DNA of 19,778 nt. It comes from Armatimonadota bacterium (GTDB lineage Bacteria; Sysuimicrobiota; Sysuimicrobiia; Sysuimicrobiales; Humicultoraceae). Position 1 is the first letter of the stretch; every line of letters begins with the position of its first letter. The stretch is from NCBI GenBank assembly GCA_037446215.1, contig JBBIJB010000043.1, positions 1 through 19,778 on the forward strand, given 5' to 3'. The notes beneath the pieces are model-generated. The model saw only the letters and a list, made by a program, of their open reading frames with translations. It ran no database searches and was not told the DNA's origin. The translations under genes and the position numbers were made by a program. Below are positions 17,587-19,778 of this stretch, in pieces.

Positions 17587-18936
17587 CTAGCGGGCCGAAG
17601 CTGGCCCCACGATGGCCACCGTCTGTCGGCCCAGGTAGCGCCGGGCCACACGCGCCACGTCCTCGGGCGTGACCTTCTCTATCTCCCTCGGGAAGCGCTC
17701 GTCGTAGTCGAACCCCACGCCGAGGATCTCGTACCAGCCAAGGTAGAACGCCTGCGCCTCCAGGTCTTCCCGCGAAAGGGCATAGCGGCCGACCACGCCC
17801 CGCTTAGCCGCCTCCACCTCCTCGAGCGGAGGCGCGGCCGCGCGCAGGCGCTCGACCTCTGCCAGCATCGCCCCCACGACCTTGGACGTGTTCGCCGGAT
17901 CGGTCCCCGCGATCAGGCGGATGTGGCTGGGTCCCGAGCGAACCGGCAGCGAGGACCCAACCTGGTAGGCCATCCCGCCCTTCTCGCGGATCTGGACGAA
18001 CAGCCGCGACGACATCCCCTCTCCCAGCAGGGCATTCATCACGCGGAGGGCGGCGAAGTCCGGATGCCCGACCGGCACCGCGAGATAGCCCAGAGAGATC
18101 CAGGAGGCGGCCACCGGCCGGGTCTCCCTGACCTCGACAGCGGTTCCTGCCGGCGTGGCCAGGGCCCGCTCCACCAGACGCAGCCATCTCGAGCGACGGG
18201 GAGGCGGCTCGCGCCGGAGCCCTTTGAAGGCGCGGCCAGCCGCGTCCAGCGCCGCGGATCTGGTCACGTTGCCCGCGATCGAGAGGACCATGTTCGGCGC
18301 GGTGAAGTGCGTCCGGTAGAACTGGATGAGCTGCTCGCGGGTCAGGGCGGCGACCGTCGCTTCGTAGCCGAGCACCGGCTGGGAGTAGGGATGGTAGGGG
18401 TAGAGCGCCTCCAGCATCAGGTCCGTCGCCCGCTGCAGCGGCTGGTCCGCGTTCTGGCGGATCCTCGAGAGGCCGATGGAGCGCTGCACCTCCACATCCC
18501 TGACCTCGAAGCGGGCGTTCGTCAACAGGTCGGCCAGCAGCTCCATCCCGACGCCGAGGTGGCGGCTCGGCGTGACGACGTAGAGCGAGGTGAAGTCCGT
18601 GCCGGTTCCCCCTCCGAGCAGGCCTCCCACTCCCTCGATCGTCTGCGCTATCTCGGCAGCCGAGCGGCTTGCCGTTCCGCGGACGAGCATGCTTCGAGCG
18701 AAGAAGGTGATTCCGCTCTCGTCGTGTCTCTCCACGCGCGGGCCGGCGTCTACGACCGCCTCGATCACTACGAGATCGCTCGATCGGCTCTCCTTCACCA
18801 GGACAACCAGCCCGCCGTCCAGGAGGTGCCGGGAGACGGGCTGGCGGGCGGCTGCCGGGGGGGCACCCGCTCCGGGTGCGGCCGAGAGCGCCAGGGCCGC
18901 GGAGAGCGTCGCTACGAGCGCAGGGATCCGCACCAC
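17587..18936 (-). CDS. M16 (pitrilysin/MPP-like) peptidase, non-catalytic subunit with signal peptide
   Basis: M16 fold motifs (RGTASRSAAEIAQTIEGVGG, HPYSQPVLG, SSRLFVQIREKGGMAY). The HXXEH position reads FFARS. N-terminal signal peptide. Confidence 0.9.
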   Translation of the reverse strand: MVRIPALVATLSAALALSAAPGAGAPPAAARQPVSRHLLDGGLVVLVKESRSSDLVVIEAVVDAGPRVERHDESGITFFARSMLVRGTASRSAAEIAQTIEGVGGLLGGGTGTDFTSLYVVTPSRHLGVGMELLADLLTNARFEVRDVEVQRSIGLSRIRQNADQPLQRATDLMLEALYPYHPYSQPVLGYEATVAALTREQLIQFYRTHFTAPNMVLSIAGNVTRSAALDAAGRAFKGLRREPPPRRSRWLRLVERALATPAGTAVEVRETRPVAASWISLGYLAVPVGHPDFAALRVMNALLGEGMSSRLFVQIREKGGMAYQVGSSLPVRSGPSHIRLIAGTDPANTSKVVGAMLAEVERLRAAAPPLEEVEAAKRGVVGRYALSREDLEAQAFYLGWYEILGVGFDYDERFPREIEKVTPEDVARVARRYLGRQTVAIVGPASAR

Positions 18937-18938
18937 GG

Positions 18939-19778
18939 CTACCTCCCCCCAGGCTTGATCACGGCCACCGCGTACCGGCGGGTGTCGAGGATCCTCCTCG
19001 CGGCCCGCCGCACCTCCTCCGGGCCGATCCGACGTACCCGCTCCACGTAGGAGAGCCCGAAGCCGAGATCTGCCACCGTCGCATAGAACCCGAGGCTGAA
19101 GGCGCGGCCCCTGGTGGTGTGCGAGCCGTAGAGATGCTCCCCCTCCAGCAGGTTCTTGGCACGGATGAGCTCCGCCTCCGAGATCCCTTCTTCTGCCACC
19201 GCGCGCAGCTCCGAGACGATGGCCGCCTCGGCGCGGGAGGCCAGCGCGGGGTCCACCACGGCCGAGATGACAAAGGGCGAAGGGTCCACGGTCGACAGGT
19301 AGGAAGCGCTGATGCTCTGCGCGAGGTTCGCTCCCTCCACCACGCGCTGGCGCAGCCGGGCGCCGAGCCCCCTGCCCAGCGCGTAGGCAAGCACGTCCGC
19401 GGCGTCCGAGTCGGGGTCTCTCACAGCCGGCCCGGGGAAGCCGATTGAGATGTAGGCGACGCGCACGTCGGCCTCGACCTCGTTTCGGCGCACCGCCTCC
19501 AGCGGCGGCTCCACCGTATGCGGCCTCCGGGCCGGGGGGCCGGCCCGGAGGGTGGAGTAGGCCTGCCGCACCTTGGCCACCGCCTCATCCGACCGAACGT
19601 CGCCTACCACGACCACGACGATGTTGGCTGGAACGTAGTGCGTCCTGTAGAAGCGCAGCAGCGCCTCCCTTGGCATCCGCTCTATCGTCTCTCTGGTCCC
19701 GAGGACCGAGCGTCGATATGGGTGCGCGGTGTAGAGTGTGGCCCTCATGAGCTCATGCGCCCGCGTGGCGGGCGAGCC
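18939..19778 (-). CDS. M16 peptidase, C-terminal part (start lies beyond the right edge)
   Basis: Frame is open to the window edge. HPYRRSVLGT, FYRTHYVPANIVVVVVGD, GISEAELIRAK. Ends 2 nt before the partner M16 gene. Confidence 0.9.
   Translation of the reverse strand, partial: GSPATRAHELMRATLYTAHPYRRSVLGTRETIERMPREALLRFYRTHYVPANIVVVVVGDVRSDEAVAKVRQAYSTLRAGPPARRPHTVEPPLEAVRRNEVEADVRVAYISIGFPGPAVRDPDSDAADVLAYALGRGLGARLRQRVVEGANLAQSISASYLSTVDPSPFVISAVVDPALASRAEAAIVSELRAVAEEGISEAELIRAKNLLEGEHLYGSHTTRGRAFSLGFYATVADLGFGLSYVERVRRIGPEEVRRAARRILDTRRYAVAVIKPGGR

Noticed and set aside
4586..17651. Many long antisense or alternative-frame ORFs (e.g. 4586-5746, 8212-9321, 16557-17651)
   Set aside because: They overlap well-supported genes and are expected from the scarcity of stop codons in high-GC DNA.

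Overview
High-GC bacterial window with about 19 CDSs and no rRNA, tRNA, CRISPR or mobile element that I can see. Left part (minus strand): a 74-aa secreted pro-peptide with three tandem copies of AGHGDGELLGG (2483-2707) sits 15 nt upstream of a 430-aa XRE-HTH + TPR regulator (1175-2467). These are followed by a 174-aa hypothetical protein and a truncated aspartate kinase. The peptide/regulator pair has the layout of an RRNPP-like (NprR/PlcR/Rap-Phr type) peptide signalling system, but the peptide gene lies upstream and carries several cores. It is the most interesting element here. A ~690-bp divergent intergenic region carries repeated candidate operator motifs and GC-rich hairpins. Middle (plus strand): MocR/GabR-type regulator, a HAAT (Liv-type) ABC transporter split by a Tm-1-like (UPF0261) / TIM-barrel (PEP-hydrolase-like) gene pair, and a HAD-IIA phosphatase. 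Right part: FAD-dependent oxidoreductase, PPOX-class oxidoreductase, fabH, a secreted hypothetical protein, a membrane M28 peptidase and a two-gene M16 peptidase pair. All family calls come from motif recognition by eye; no database searches were run.
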